NCBI GenBank assembly: GCA_046153645.1
Contig: JBJXGI010000042.1
Coordinates: forward strand, 17,280 to 81,279
DNA: 64,000 bases
Direction of reading: 5' to 3'
Origin: Elusimicrobiota bacterium
GTDB lineage: Bacteria; Elusimicrobiota; Elusimicrobia; F11
Below are positions 50,263 to 59,576 of the stretch, in pieces. Below the pieces are notes generated by a model that searched no databases, was not told the DNA's origin, and saw only the letters and a program-made list of their open reading frames with translations. Both the position numbers and the translations under genes were made by a program. Position 1 is the first letter of the stretch. Every line of letters begins with the position of its first letter.

Positions 50263-51533
50263 TTTTTCTTTTTCTCAGATTTTTTATCTAATTTTTTATC
50301 GGTTTTTTTATCGACAGGTATTGAATCTTCCTTGGGATCGGGTTTCATTTTATATTGAGAAAAAGGTTTTTCAGCGCCAAACGAATTTTCGTTTCCCGAA
50401 GGCAAATAGGCCGCCTTGGTATAACGACAGAGTGGATTCCAAATAAGCCACTCTCCGACACCCTGATCAGCGGATGCTTCAATTTGATCACGAACATGAT
50501 TTGCTGTGTATTTAACTCCTAAACTAAAATCCTGAAGCCAAGGCCGCAGCTGAACTGGTGAATTTTTTAAGACTTTCTTCGTGTCTTTGATACTTCGGTA
50601 AATTGTCTCGTACGGGCTAGAATTTGGATCTTTTAAACCAAATTCTCCAGGGTAATAGTGTGATGGATACATCATGGGTGAAATAATATCCACATGAGAA
50701 ATCATGCGATCCATTTTTTGTCCTATTCCCATATCATCATCATAAGATCCTGTCAGGCCAAAAACATCAATAGAAAAAGGTGTGTTCAGAGCCTTCATTC
50801 TTTTATGTGTTGCTTCTAGGAATTGAGCCAGCGCATCAATAGAGTTTGCTTTTGAATGTGGCTTAGAATAAACACACTGTTTTGTGGGACCATCAGAAGG
50901 AAATCGAATGTAATCAAATTGAATCTCTTGAAACCCGAGTGCGACAGCTTTTTCGGCAATGGCAATATTATAATTCCAAACATTTTTATCATAAGGGTCA
51001 GCCCATGCGGAGCCTTTCCGATCAACCCAAATATCTTTGCGGTACCCTTTTTCAACAGCTTTAGAAATAGGAAGAGAAGATTTAATGGCCCACTCTGGTT
51101 TCCACTTAGCCACTCGATTATCATGAAAAACCGCAATTCTCGCAATACAATAAATTCCTCGCTCTTTTAAAAATTGAAGATATTCTTTGATATCTGGCAT
51201 TGCTTTAACAAAATTCTCTTTACCATCTAATTTCACACCAGGAATATAAACCTCTCCATCTGATTCTTTTACATCAATAACAACTGTGTTAATTTCTGTA
51301 TCGGCGAGGAGTCTTTCAAAACGGGGTCTTAATTTTTTACTTCCTGTAACCCAAGAGGTTAAATGAATTCCTTTTACACAAGGGGGAGGGCCATCAATGG
51401 CATCGCCCCATAAAACAATAGGCGCAGTCGATTTTTGAATTTGGGGAGAGGCTTCCTCTTGAGCATTAGACGAGCATCCAATAACCCCCAAGCTAAAAAG
51501 AGCTAAAAATAGAAAGGCAGAATTTTTTTTCAA
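50259..51533 (-). CDS. Lipoprotein, putative TIM-barrel glycoside-hydrolase-like (GHL10/DUF4015-like) with Lys-rich C-terminal tail
   Basis: It has a lipobox (…GVIGCSS). The central region resembles DUF4015-type putative glycosyl hydrolases, by recall. The C-terminus is KKTDKKLDKKSEKKKN. Confidence 0.4.
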   Translation of the reverse strand: MKKNSAFLFLALFSLGVIGCSSNAQEEASPQIQKSTAPIVLWGDAIDGPPPCVKGIHLTSWVTGSKKLRPRFERLLADTEINTVVIDVKESDGEVYIPGVKLDGKENFVKAMPDIKEYLQFLKERGIYCIARIAVFHDNRVAKWKPEWAIKSSLPISKAVEKGYRKDIWVDRKGSAWADPYDKNVWNYNIAIAEKAVALGFQEIQFDYIRFPSDGPTKQCVYSKPHSKANSIDALAQFLEATHKRMKALNTPFSIDVFGLTGSYDDDMGIGQKMDRMISHVDIISPMMYPSHYYPGEFGLKDPNSSPYETIYRSIKDTKKVLKNSPVQLRPWLQDFSLGVKYTANHVRDQIEASADQGVGEWLIWNPLCRYTKAAYLPSGNENSFGAEKPFSQYKMKPDPKEDSIPVDKKTDKKLDKKSEKKKN

Positions 51534-51540
51534 GATGACT

Positions 51541-52029
51541 TTAGAGAGAGGTTTCGATTTTCAAAATTTTAAAAGTTGTTTTCCCACCAGGTAAATTAAT
51601 TTCTACTTCTTCATTAACTTTATGTCCTAATAAACCTTGTGCGATAGGGGCATGAACAGAAATTTTTCCAGCTTCAGGATCTGCTTCTTCGGTGCCAACC
51701 AACGTATATTCATATTCTTCATTGTCACTTAAATCTTTAATTTTGACTTTCGTGCCAATAATAACTTCCCCTTTCGGGAGATCAAGATCGTCTATAATTT
51801 TAGCTTGGTTTAACTTGGTATGAATCTCAGCAATTCTGCGAAGTGTTTCGCTCTGTTTTTCGCGCGCGAAATGATATCCGGCATTTTCTCTCAAATCTCC
51901 CTGCTCTCGGGTTTCTCCGATTTCAATGGAAAGATCTTTCTTTCTTTGTTCTAACATTTTTAATTCCTGCATTAGCTTTTCATAGCCAGCACGGGAAACA
52001 TAAGTTTCGCTCACAATAAAGCTCCTCAA
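51541..52029 (-). CDS. greA: Transcription elongation factor GreA
   Basis: The 162-aa product has the coiled-coil N-terminus with acidic tip (…GDLRENAGYHFA…) and the FKBP-like C-terminus. Confidence 0.9.
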   Translation of the reverse strand: MRSFIVSETYVSRAGYEKLMQELKMLEQRKKDLSIEIGETREQGDLRENAGYHFAREKQSETLRRIAEIHTKLNQAKIIDDLDLPKGEVIIGTKVKIKDLSDNEEYEYTLVGTEEADPEAGKISVHAPIAQGLLGHKVNEEVEINLPGGKTTFKILKIETSL

Positions 52030-52041
52030 ACCTTAAATAAT

Positions 52042-54144
52042 CTACAACAGTTGTTTTTTTAACTCTTCGACTTCAGACGTCGGCTTTTGACATTGTCCAT
52101 TGGCACAAACATAGACTACTGATTTTTCTTCCGAAATCTCCAAGCTCTCAACGAATGGAATGATCTTAGCAAGTTTATTTAAAAATGTTCCATTTTCTAT
52201 TGGTAAAACCATAATTCCAGGCTTTCTAAACTTAAATACCGTTTTCAGCAATTCTTGAAATTTTGATTGGCTTTTTTCCCCAATGACCACAATATGCCCA
52301 GGATTTTTTTGTATTAACAATAACCCCTGAAGCGCATAAGAAAGACCAAGTGGATGAATATCAATTATTTTAGAGAACGCATGAAGAGTTTTTTCGCCCA
52401 TCTCAACCCATTTTTGGTTTCCAGTTAAATATCCTAAACGGAGTCCATTTCTTACCGCCACCGAATTGCCAGAAGGAATCACATTATCCGTATCATCCTT
52501 CATTCTGACAATAAGATCTGGGAGAGAGGTGTTCATGAAATACCCTCCATTAATGGGATCAAAAAATAATTGATTCTGTTTCTCATGAAGGTCCATGGCC
52601 CAGGTTAACCATTCTTGATTCCCGGTTGATTCAAAAAGATTCAATAAACCTTCGACCAACATGGCATAATCAACTTGTTGCCCCAATATTTTTCGCTCGC
52701 CATCTTTCCATCGGCGATACAATTCCTTTTTTTCGCCGTCATAAAGATTCTCTAAAATAAACCGCGCTGTCCGCTCCGCTGAGTCAATATAACTTTTATT
52801 TGAAAATACTTGCCCTGCCACAGAAAGTGAAGAAATGAGAAGACCGTTCCATTCAGTAATGACTTTTTCGTCACGATGAGGGCGTATTCGTTTTAGCCGT
52901 TCTTTGAAAAGAATATTTTTGCATTCTGTTAAAACAGTCGATATTTCATCTTTGGATTTATTAAAACGCTGCGCAGTTTCCTCAAGGCTCTGCCCCAGGA
53001 CCAGGATATTCTTTCCTAATTCACCCGAATGCGGATCCATAAAATTTCCGTTCACACTCAGACCAAAATGAAAAATAAAAATTTCGGCTTTTTGCTCAGG
53101 TAACAAGTTTGATAATTGAGCCAGCGTCCATAAATAGAAGGTCCCTTCTTGCCCCTCGCTATCTGCATCTTCACCAGAGAAAAAACCACCCTGAGAATGT
53201 TGTAAATCTCTCAAACAATACCCAATTGATTCGTCAGTAATTCTTGTCCATTTAGCATCGCCCGTCACTTTATAAAGATGCGAACACACGCCAATTAACT
53301 GCGCATTATCATAAAGCATCTTTTCAAAGTGAGGAACAACCCACCTCTCATCAGTTGAATAACGAGCAAACCCACCACCCAACTGATCATAAAGACCGCC
53401 CTCACCCATTTTTTCCATTGTCACTTGAACCATGTGTAAAGCAGTGGGGTCTTGTGTGATCTCGTGATAATTGAGGAGAAAATTTAAATAGACTGGCATT
53501 GGGAATTTCGGCGCCTTTCCAAAACCACCATTGACTGAATCAAATAACTTTTTAAGTGATTCAAAAGCTTTTAACGAAGCCACTTCAAAAGAAGGCAGCT
53601 CATTAGATTGATTTAAATTATATTTTGAAGATTCTTGAATAGACTCAACAATGCTAGAGGAAGCTTCCACAACTTGGTCCTTATTATTTATATATGCCAT
53701 GGCTAATTGTTCAATAACCGTTTTAAAACCAGGGCGACCATATCGATCTGAAGGAGGAAAATAGGTTCCCGCATAAAAAGGTTTGAGCTCTGGAGTTAGC
53801 CAAACGGACATAGGCCATCCTCCTGAACCTGTTAAAGCTTGAACGGCTGCCATGTAAATGGCATCAACATCCGGACGTTCTTCTCTATCAATTTTTATAT
53901 TAATGAAGTGTTTATTCATCAGCTCAGCAGTTTCAACGTCTTCAAAAGATTCGTGGGCCATCACATGGCACCAATGGCAAGTTGAATACCCAATGGAAAG
54001 AAAAATGGACTTATTAAGCTCCTTGGCTTTTAAAAATGCCTCTTCACCCCACGGATACCAATCAACGGGGTTATACGCATGCTGTAATAAATAAGGACTT
54101 TTTTCATGAATAAGCCTATTCGGAGATAAAGGTAATGAATTCAT
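52042..54144 (-). CDS. yyaL: Thioredoxin-domain protein YyaL (DUF255 + six-hairpin glycosidase-like domain)
   Basis: The N-terminus …[22 protein letters not shown]…[13 protein letters not shown]… is the DUF255/thioredoxin signature. Its length is about 700 aa. Confidence 0.8.
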   Translation of the reverse strand: MNSLPLSPNRLIHEKSPYLLQHAYNPVDWYPWGEEAFLKAKELNKSIFLSIGYSTCHWCHVMAHESFEDVETAELMNKHFINIKIDREERPDVDAIYMAAVQALTGSGGWPMSVWLTPELKPFYAGTYFPPSDRYGRPGFKTVIEQLAMAYINNKDQVVEASSSIVESIQESSKYNLNQSNELPSFEVASLKAFESLKKLFDSVNGGFGKAPKFPMPVYLNFLLNYHEITQDPTALHMVQVTMEKMGEGGLYDQLGGGFARYSTDERWVVPHFEKMLYDNAQLIGVCSHLYKVTGDAKWTRITDESIGYCLRDLQHSQGGFFSGEDADSEGQEGTFYLWTLAQLSNLLPEQKAEIFIFHFGLSVNGNFMDPHSGELGKNILVLGQSLEETAQRFNKSKDEISTVLTECKNILFKERLKRIRPHRDEKVITEWNGLLISSLSVAGQVFSNKSYIDSAERTARFILENLYDGEKKELYRRWKDGERKILGQQVDYAMLVEGLLNLFESTGNQEWLTWAMDLHEKQNQLFFDPINGGYFMNTSLPDLIVRMKDDTDNVIPSGNSVAVRNGLRLGYLTGNQKWVEMGEKTLHAFSKIIDIHPLGLSYALQGLLLIQKNPGHIVVIGEKSQSKFQELLKTVFKFRKPGIMVLPIENGTFLNKLAKIIPFVESLEISEEKSVVYVCANGQCQKPTSEVEELKKQLL

Positions 54145-54148
54145 TAAA

Positions 54149-55798
54149 TTATTGATAAACCCATATTTTTTCTGAAGAGCTTTTCAACTTAAACACCAAG
54201 AGGTCCTCTTTTTCAAATATTTTTTCATAACTGGGACTTTGTTCTAATTCACCAATAGACTGGGTTAATTCTTTCAACGTATAAGGAATCGAGTTCCCTT
54301 TTCGATCACAAACAATATATTCCGGGTTGGCCAGATGTTTGATTTGTAACACCCCCATATGATCTCCCACAGGAAATATTTGGACAAAACGGCGAGAATC
54401 AAAATGAGGGAGTAAATTTTGTTGCCCCGCTAGTGAAGCATCGAATGGAATTATTTTTTTTATTTCTTCAAAAGCCAAAATTTTATTTTTATGTGTAAAA
54501 CGGGAAAATTTTGGAGAGCAGTAAACTCCAATAGCCGCAGTAATAAATATCGCCCCTAAACATATTTGACGTTTATTAATAAACCATGGTTTTTGGTTTA
54601 ATTTCATAAATCCAAAAACAGCGCCAACAAATAAAAAAGCTTGCGAAGGCAAGGCGTAAATATCAGCTAAATTGAGTTGAGTTTGAGCTTGTGAAAGAAT
54701 ATGTGGGGCCAAACTTAAAATAACGGGAATAAGAAATAAAGGAGAAAGAAGTGGCAACCCCAATACGGGGAAAATGTAACACAACGACGTAAAATATTTT
54801 TGAGGGTAATAACATAACGCCTGAAATAGGGCACCTGGATTAAAAAACATATTAATAATGATCTCTCGAGTTGTTTTACCAAAAATGGGGTAACGTTCTG
54901 CCATTAATGAAGTTTCTCCCGTTTGAATAAACGTGGGAATAAAAAATTTAAATTGATATATAAAAATTCCCAGCGCGCACAATATTAAACAAAAGCCGAC
55001 CTTTTTCCAGCCTTTTTGAAAAACGAGAAAAATACCAAAACCAGTTAAAACAATTGAAACATCTTCCTTGGCGAAAAGCGCAAATAGCGCAAATAAAAAA
55101 GTGGCCACCTTTTTTCCAGATATCCAAGCCAACAATGCCAAAAAAAGCATCGGGATTTGCCATGAATCAGGATGAAAGTCATTTTGAATATTGTGCGCAA
55201 TGTAAGGTGAAGACGCATAAAGTAAAAACCCAATTAATGAATAGGAAAAAGAACCTGTTAGTTTTTTTATAATTAATCCCAATACCGGAATTCCACTGGC
55301 AATAAATAAAGCCTGAAAAACCAAAAGCACTTCTGCCCCAGGATAAAATTTATAGAAAAAAGAAATGGGCCATAAAATCCAATTGGTATGAATGGCCATA
55401 AAACATTGCTCTAAAAGAGAAGAGTAAAACCAATGCCCATAGGCTGTATTGAAACAAATATTGGAAAAAAACCCCAAATCCAGCGCGTGTGTTTGCAAAG
55501 AGGTGTGAGCGTAAAGTTTATAACTAACAACACCAGAAACATAACAACACCACAGAAGAAAAAACAAAATGACCTGCCTCTGTAAACTTAATTGGTCTAA
55601 ATATTGTCTCAATTGAGAAAAGAAAGTTATCCCGTTTTTAAAAAAAATAACCCATAAACCCACAAGGGCTAGAATAATAATAATGAATGTTTTAAGTGAA
55701 CGAATCGAAAGAGGACTACCGAAAAATTCCGTTTGAATAGAAAAGTGCCAAGGAAAAAGGGCGTTGAAAATACCCAGAAAAATAATAACGAAAATCAT
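54149..55798 (-). CDS. Large polytopic membrane protein (possibly DUF2079 / GT-C-like)
   Basis: The track ORF runs to 55933, but its first 45 codons overlap the tRNA-Ser gene (GFESPPLR is the tRNA translated). The first ATG after the tRNA (55796-55798) gives a 549-aa protein with at least 12 TM helices. Confidence 0.5.
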   Translation of the reverse strand: MIFVIIFLGIFNALFPWHFSIQTEFFGSPLSIRSLKTFIIIILALVGLWVIFFKNGITFFSQLRQYLDQLSLQRQVILFFLLWCCYVSGVVSYKLYAHTSLQTHALDLGFFSNICFNTAYGHWFYSSLLEQCFMAIHTNWILWPISFFYKFYPGAEVLLVFQALFIASGIPVLGLIIKKLTGSFSYSLIGFLLYASSPYIAHNIQNDFHPDSWQIPMLFLALLAWISGKKVATFLFALFALFAKEDVSIVLTGFGIFLVFQKGWKKVGFCLILCALGIFIYQFKFFIPTFIQTGETSLMAERYPIFGKTTREIIINMFFNPGALFQALCYYPQKYFTSLCYIFPVLGLPLLSPLFLIPVILSLAPHILSQAQTQLNLADIYALPSQAFLFVGAVFGFMKLNQKPWFINKRQICLGAIFITAAIGVYCSPKFSRFTHKNKILAFEEIKKIIPFDASLAGQQNLLPHFDSRRFVQIFPVGDHMGVLQIKHLANPEYIVCDRKGNSIPYTLKELTQSIGELEQSPSYEKIFEKEDLLVFKLKSSSEKIWVYQ

Positions 55799-55874
55799 CA
55801 AATAAAAATATTTTTTCAATTGAGAACGCTTCCAGTTTAAATATTGAATTGGGTATAGACCAAGAAATTTGGAA

Positions 55875-55965
55875 CGGAGGGGGGGGGATTCGAACCCCCG
55901 ATATAGCTTTTCAACCATATAGCGGTTTAGCAAACCGCCGCACTAGGCCACTATGCGACCCCTCC
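55875..55965 (-). tRNA. tRNA-Ser (anticodon GCU), class II with long variable arm
   Basis: Minus-strand sequence GGAGGGG-TC-GCAT…GTGC-G-GCGGT-TTGCTAA-ACCGC-(variable arm ATATGG…CTATAT)-C-GGGGG-TTCGAAT-CCCCC-CCCCTCC-G. It has a 7-bp acceptor, a 5-bp anticodon stem, anticodon GCT, and a T-loop TTCGAAT. CCA is not encoded. Confidence 0.8.
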
Positions 55966-56019
55966 AAAAGAAATCATTATAAACTATTTTCTTAAGCTAT
56001 GATAAAAAGAGATTATTCT

Positions 56020-56313
56020 TCAGTCTCTTAATCCTTCTTGCATATAATCAACCACGAGATTAATGATTTGTTTAACGGTCTGACTACAAGATTTGAAAGA
56101 TATCCGTTCAAGAACTTCAAAACCATAATTTCGAAAAATATCACTGATAAGCGCGTGAATAAAAGACTGGGTTGCAGTGTCTACCTTATCGAAATCAAGG
56201 ACAACATCTTCATTTTTGTTAAGAGCAGGAACAATATCATTTAAGCGAATATTTCTTGCCACATCTTTGTTTTCGGCGAAGGCACCCGCCTTATCAAAAA
56301 TGGAAATGTTCAT
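56020..56313 (-). CDS. Small STAS-like (DUF4325-type) protein
   Basis: A 97-aa product. Its size and pattern (…VVLDFDKVDTATQSFIHALISDIF…) resemble the STAS-like DUF4325 family, by recall. It overlaps the upstream ATPase gene by 4 nt. Confidence 0.5.
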   Translation of the reverse strand: MNISIFDKAGAFAENKDVARNIRLNDIVPALNKNEDVVLDFDKVDTATQSFIHALISDIFRNYGFEVLERISFKSCSQTVKQIINLVVDYMQEGLRD

Positions 56314-57269
56314 ATAAATTTGGGTTTATGAAAACGTGCTTCTTTACGTTCACGTATCGCAGTGCTGTAGGTTTTTCGGATCGCTTCTAAAAGAAGTGAA
56401 AATTCTGCTGTCTGATCAAGCGTCATATCAATTCCAACAAGGGTGCCAAACCAATGAGGCATGTTTTCTCCTATTGAATGTCGATCTTTAAACGGATCGG
56501 CGTGCAACGAAGATCTCTTACTTGTTTTTTTAAGCAATTTATAAAAACCGCTCCCACTATAGACGACAAAATAATCTCTGTTCACATGGGCTATAGATTT
56601 AATAAAAAAAAGACCCGCTCCTGCATTTTGTTCGGTCCCGCCTTCATTTTTTGTTTTTCCTGTGATTCCCGGCATTAACGCCATACGAATCCCATCTATA
56701 TCCGTTTTGGCCAAATGGGACTGATTGATTGAAGCTTTGATTCCCATTCCAGTGTCCGCAATTCCAATTCGAATCACATTACTCTTTGGATAATATTGGG
56801 CACAAAGAAGAGCTCCATATAGAGATTCTGAATGTTCAAGCACATTTCTCACCAATTCACTGACTATATAACCGATTGTTTTGGCCTGCTCAGCTTCCAC
56901 ATGGAGAAGTGGAATCATTTCAGTAATAAACTTGCTTAATTCTTCGGAGGTTTTAATTTGAGTAAGTGGAATAAATCGTCCGGCTGGTTCATGTTCAGTG
57001 ATGCGAATATCCGTTGGAACATTTAAAATTTTAAACAGTCCCATCCGAACCAAGTAATGTTTTGAACGCGCTTCTAATTTTTCACAATGGAAATTTTCCG
57101 GTTTAATGGTCATGCCAAGCGCCGCAATCATAGAGAGCACAAAAGGGTGAACGGAAATCCATTTACTATTGGCCGTCATTTCTAATATTTCAGGTGTTGA
57201 TGGATCAAAGCTTCGCAAAAAAGGATCTATATTTCCTAAAAACGCACTATTGGGTAAGTGTATTCTCAT
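56310..57269 (-). CDS. GHKL/HATPase_c-type ATPase (RsbW/SpoIIAB anti-sigma-kinase-like) with uncharacterised N-terminal domain
   Basis: Bergerat-fold motifs appear in order: N-box ELVRNVLEHS, G1 IADTGMGI, G2 NAGAGLFF. The preferred start is the ATG at 57267-57269 (MRIHLP…). The track start is an upstream TTG at 57338, whose extra 23 codons are encoded by promoter/operator-like DNA. Confidence 0.6.
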   Translation of the reverse strand: MRIHLPNSAFLGNIDPFLRSFDPSTPEILEMTANSKWISVHPFVLSMIAALGMTIKPENFHCEKLEARSKHYLVRMGLFKILNVPTDIRITEHEPAGRFIPLTQIKTSEELSKFITEMIPLLHVEAEQAKTIGYIVSELVRNVLEHSESLYGALLCAQYYPKSNVIRIGIADTGMGIKASINQSHLAKTDIDGIRMALMPGITGKTKNEGGTEQNAGAGLFFIKSIAHVNRDYFVVYSGSGFYKLLKKTSKRSSLHADPFKDRHSIGENMPHWFGTLVGIDMTLDQTAEFSLLLEAIRKTYSTAIRERKEARFHKPKFI

Positions 57270-57275
57270 ATCAGA

Positions 57276-57326
57276 ATTATACCGGGAATCCCGGTATTTT
57301 GTCAATATTCCGGGATTCCCGGTATA
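57276..57326 (-). promoter_or_regulatory. Consensus sigma70-type promoter with two GC-rich palindromic operator sites (putative leaderless transcript of the GHKL-STAS dyad)
   Basis: Minus strand: TTGACA (57305-57300), an 18-nt spacer, TATAAT (57281-57276), then 6 nt, then ATG. Site A, TACCGGGA(T)TCCCGGTA, fills the spacer and overlaps the -10. Site B, the reverse-orientation copy ATACCGGGAATCCCGGAATA, abuts the -35 upstream. The half-site is CCGGGA. Confidence 0.5.
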
Positions 57327-57358
57327 TTGACCCTCCAAACTTCACTGAGTGTTGTGAG

Positions 57359-58282
57359 TTATTGAGGACTTAAATATTGAGAAGGAATAACTTCTCTGGA
57401 ATCCATTGAAATAGGCCGCCATAACAACTGAACTCTAGAGGGGCCACCATAATTCACGAAATCTATTCGAATGGGAAATTTTCCTTGTTTAAAATCGTTT
57501 AAACTAACCACAATGGGTTCACGCCAATTAAAATTATTATCAACAATCAGTTTATCATCAATCCAAACTTTAATTCCATCGTCTGCCACGCCAATAATCT
57601 CATATTTTCCTGAAGACGGAAACGTAATCCACCCCTTCCACCGAGCAGAAAAAATACTTAAGTCGCCGAAGTTTTCAATAGGATAGGCATTTCCCCAATT
57701 GAAATCAACAGCTAAATCTTTCCGGGAATAAATTAAATCTTTGAACTCACTCCCTCTAAAGTACTCGCATATAAGGCCGCGTTTTTCATTTAATTTATTT
57801 TGCCTTATCTGCCATATTCCAATTCCTATAAATAATACGAAAGCAAACAAAGAAATAAATTTCCAATAAGGATAAACAAAACGATAAAAACCATTTTTAA
57901 TAAAAGATAAAAACCGGTAATAAATTGAAAGCTGTGGGTAAACGCTATAAATACTTTTCTCAATGAGATCTTCCGCTTTTTTAAGCATCTTTAAAAAAAT
58001 ATCGACCTGTTCAACATGAGCATTTTCATCATGCCCATTATTGGCCAGAGAATAACTTTCAATTTGATTTAAAATGGTCATTTCTGATAAAAACTTTTCA
58101 CTCTGAGGAAGGTGTTTAGCAAGATCTTTCATTGAATTTAAAATAAATGGCTTGGAAAATTCAATCAAATCAAAATTCTCTGAATCAATCAGATTTTTTA
58201 TCCCTTCGATATTGGATTTAAGTTTGTTAAATTTCTTAGAAATTTCTTCAATACTCATTTTTCTCTCCATTCGATAACCCAA
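57359..58282 (-). CDS. Membrane-anchored PA14-domain protein (cytoplasmic N-domain, 1 TM, periplasmic PA14), paralog 1
   Basis: The TM helix is FISLFAFVLFIGIGIW. The C-terminus is PA14-like (…FSARWKGWITFPSSGKYEIIGVADDGIKVWIDDKLIVDNNFNW…RVQLLW). The track start is TTG; ATG alternatives lie 4 or 8 codons downstream. Confidence 0.6.
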   Translation of the reverse strand: MGYRMERKMSIEEISKKFNKLKSNIEGIKNLIDSENFDLIEFSKPFILNSMKDLAKHLPQSEKFLSEMTILNQIESYSLANNGHDENAHVEQVDIFLKMLKKAEDLIEKSIYSVYPQLSIYYRFLSFIKNGFYRFVYPYWKFISLFAFVLFIGIGIWQIRQNKLNEKRGLICEYFRGSEFKDLIYSRKDLAVDFNWGNAYPIENFGDLSIFSARWKGWITFPSSGKYEIIGVADDGIKVWIDDKLIVDNNFNWREPIVVSLNDFKQGKFPIRIDFVNYGGPSRVQLLWRPISMDSREVIPSQYLSPQ

Positions 58283-58319
58283 AGTAAATATTCATAGATT
58301 GTATTAAATATTATTTCAA

Positions 58320-59576
58320 CTAGGCCTTTATTAAATCCAGCATAAATTTAATTTGTGACGCACTACCAACAATCATTAAAAGTATGATTGATATCAATAA
58401 AAAATTCTTTTTTTCTCTAAAAAAACTCTGTATTGCTTGCGCGTATAACAAAGCCCATCCTAACCATAACCAAGAAAGGTATCGAAAATCCATAGAACAA
58501 GAATAAGGGCTCCGAGCAAGATAAAAATAAGTAATGGGCACCACACCAACTAAAACTATTCCAAATAATTGGGTTGTTTTATTTAAGTTAATTTTAGAAA
58601 CACTCATCAGGCACACCAAAAATCTAACAACAAAAACAACCCAGGCCGTGTTTATTAAGAAAAAGGGATAATCGTGTTGGCCAAAAAGAGAACTGGAAAA
58701 ACGATACAAAAAGTAATTTGTACATTTTGAATAATAACCGACAAAATTGAGCGCATATGGATTATCAAATTGGCCACCAATGAGACCAGGAATTGAAAAA
58801 ATGACTTTAAATGGAGATTCTTGGAGCCTTAATTCACCTCCTAAAATATCCCAATTAACAGGGAATAATTTACCCGTATAATAATAGTTGTGACCAATAA
58901 TCCAGGGGAGAAATAGGGTCGTGGCACTGCCTAAGATAAAAAAATAAGAAAACGCGGTGTTCCAAGGAATCTTCTTTAAAACAGCTGACACTAAAACAAT
59001 TGAGCTCGAAATCATCATACACATAACAATATTTGATTTGGTATAGAGAGCCGCGGTTGTAACAAGGCCCAGCAAAACCAAAATGACTTTCTTTTTAGAA
59101 TGAGAAAAATAAATATAACTTAAAAAGAAAAATAACATGCTTAATAATGAAAAAAGTGAATCGTTATTATAAGTAGTAAACATATACAGAAAAGCGGGTG
59201 CCGTCGAAATAAACAATAAAACCACCATTGCTATCCAAACCTTTATTTTTATAAGCCTCAAAAATAAAATAATAATAATCAAACAAAGAAGCCCGTAGAC
59301 AACAGAAAGTTTTCGAATATTTTCTACATGATGACCCCATTTTTTAATAACAAAGCTGTTGATTAAATAATAAAGCGGTGGATGATAGGTTTGCCAGGCT
59401 TCATCAGGAGAGGGCAGTCTATCTTGATAGGCAATAATGTTTGTGTATTCTACGTGCCCTTCAAAATCATACGTTCTTGCATCATCAGGAGAATATCGGA
59501 TATACATCAAGGCAAAAAGGACCCAAAAAACAAGAAATAAACCAAGTAAAAAAAAATTAGAAATTTTTTTGGTCAA
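58320..59576 (-). CDS. GT-C superfamily polytopic glycosyltransferase (ArnT/PMT-like)
   Basis: The first extracytoplasmic loop after TM1 has acidic motifs (SPDDARTYDFEGH) and …TYHPPLYYLI…, which resembles the KPPL.YW motif of ArnT/GT83. It has about 10 TM helices and overlaps the UGM gene by 4 nt. Confidence 0.5.
   Translation of the reverse strand: MTKKISNFFLLGLFLVFWVLFALMYIRYSPDDARTYDFEGHVEYTNIIAYQDRLPSPDEAWQTYHPPLYYLINSFVIKKWGHHVENIRKLSVVYGLLCLIIIILFLRLIKIKVWIAMVVLLFISTAPAFLYMFTTYNNDSLFSLLSMLFFFLSYIYFSHSKKKVILVLLGLVTTAALYTKSNIVMCMMISSSIVLVSAVLKKIPWNTAFSYFFILGSATTLFLPWIIGHNYYYTGKLFPVNWDILGGELRLQESPFKVIFSIPGLIGGQFDNPYALNFVGYYSKCTNYFLYRFSSSLFGQHDYPFFLINTAWVVFVVRFLVCLMSVSKINLNKTTQLFGIVLVGVVPITYFYLARSPYSCSMDFRYLSWLWLGWALLYAQAIQSFFREKKNFLLISIILLMIVGSASQIKFMLDLIKA

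Noticed and set aside
55876-55884. Run of nine G (plus strand), possible phase-variable homopolymer or sequencing artefact
   Set aside because: It corresponds exactly to the T-stem 3' strand plus the acceptor-stem 3' strand (CCCCC-CCCC) of the tRNA-Ser gene, so it is structurally required.
57270-57338. The TTG-initiated N-terminal 23 codons (MEGQYTGNPGILTKYRDSRYNSD) of the ATPase ORF, read as coding sequence
   Set aside because: This stretch is a consensus -35/-10 promoter with palindromic operators. The extension begins with TTG and has no RBS. The downstream ATG start is more plausible, although not proven.
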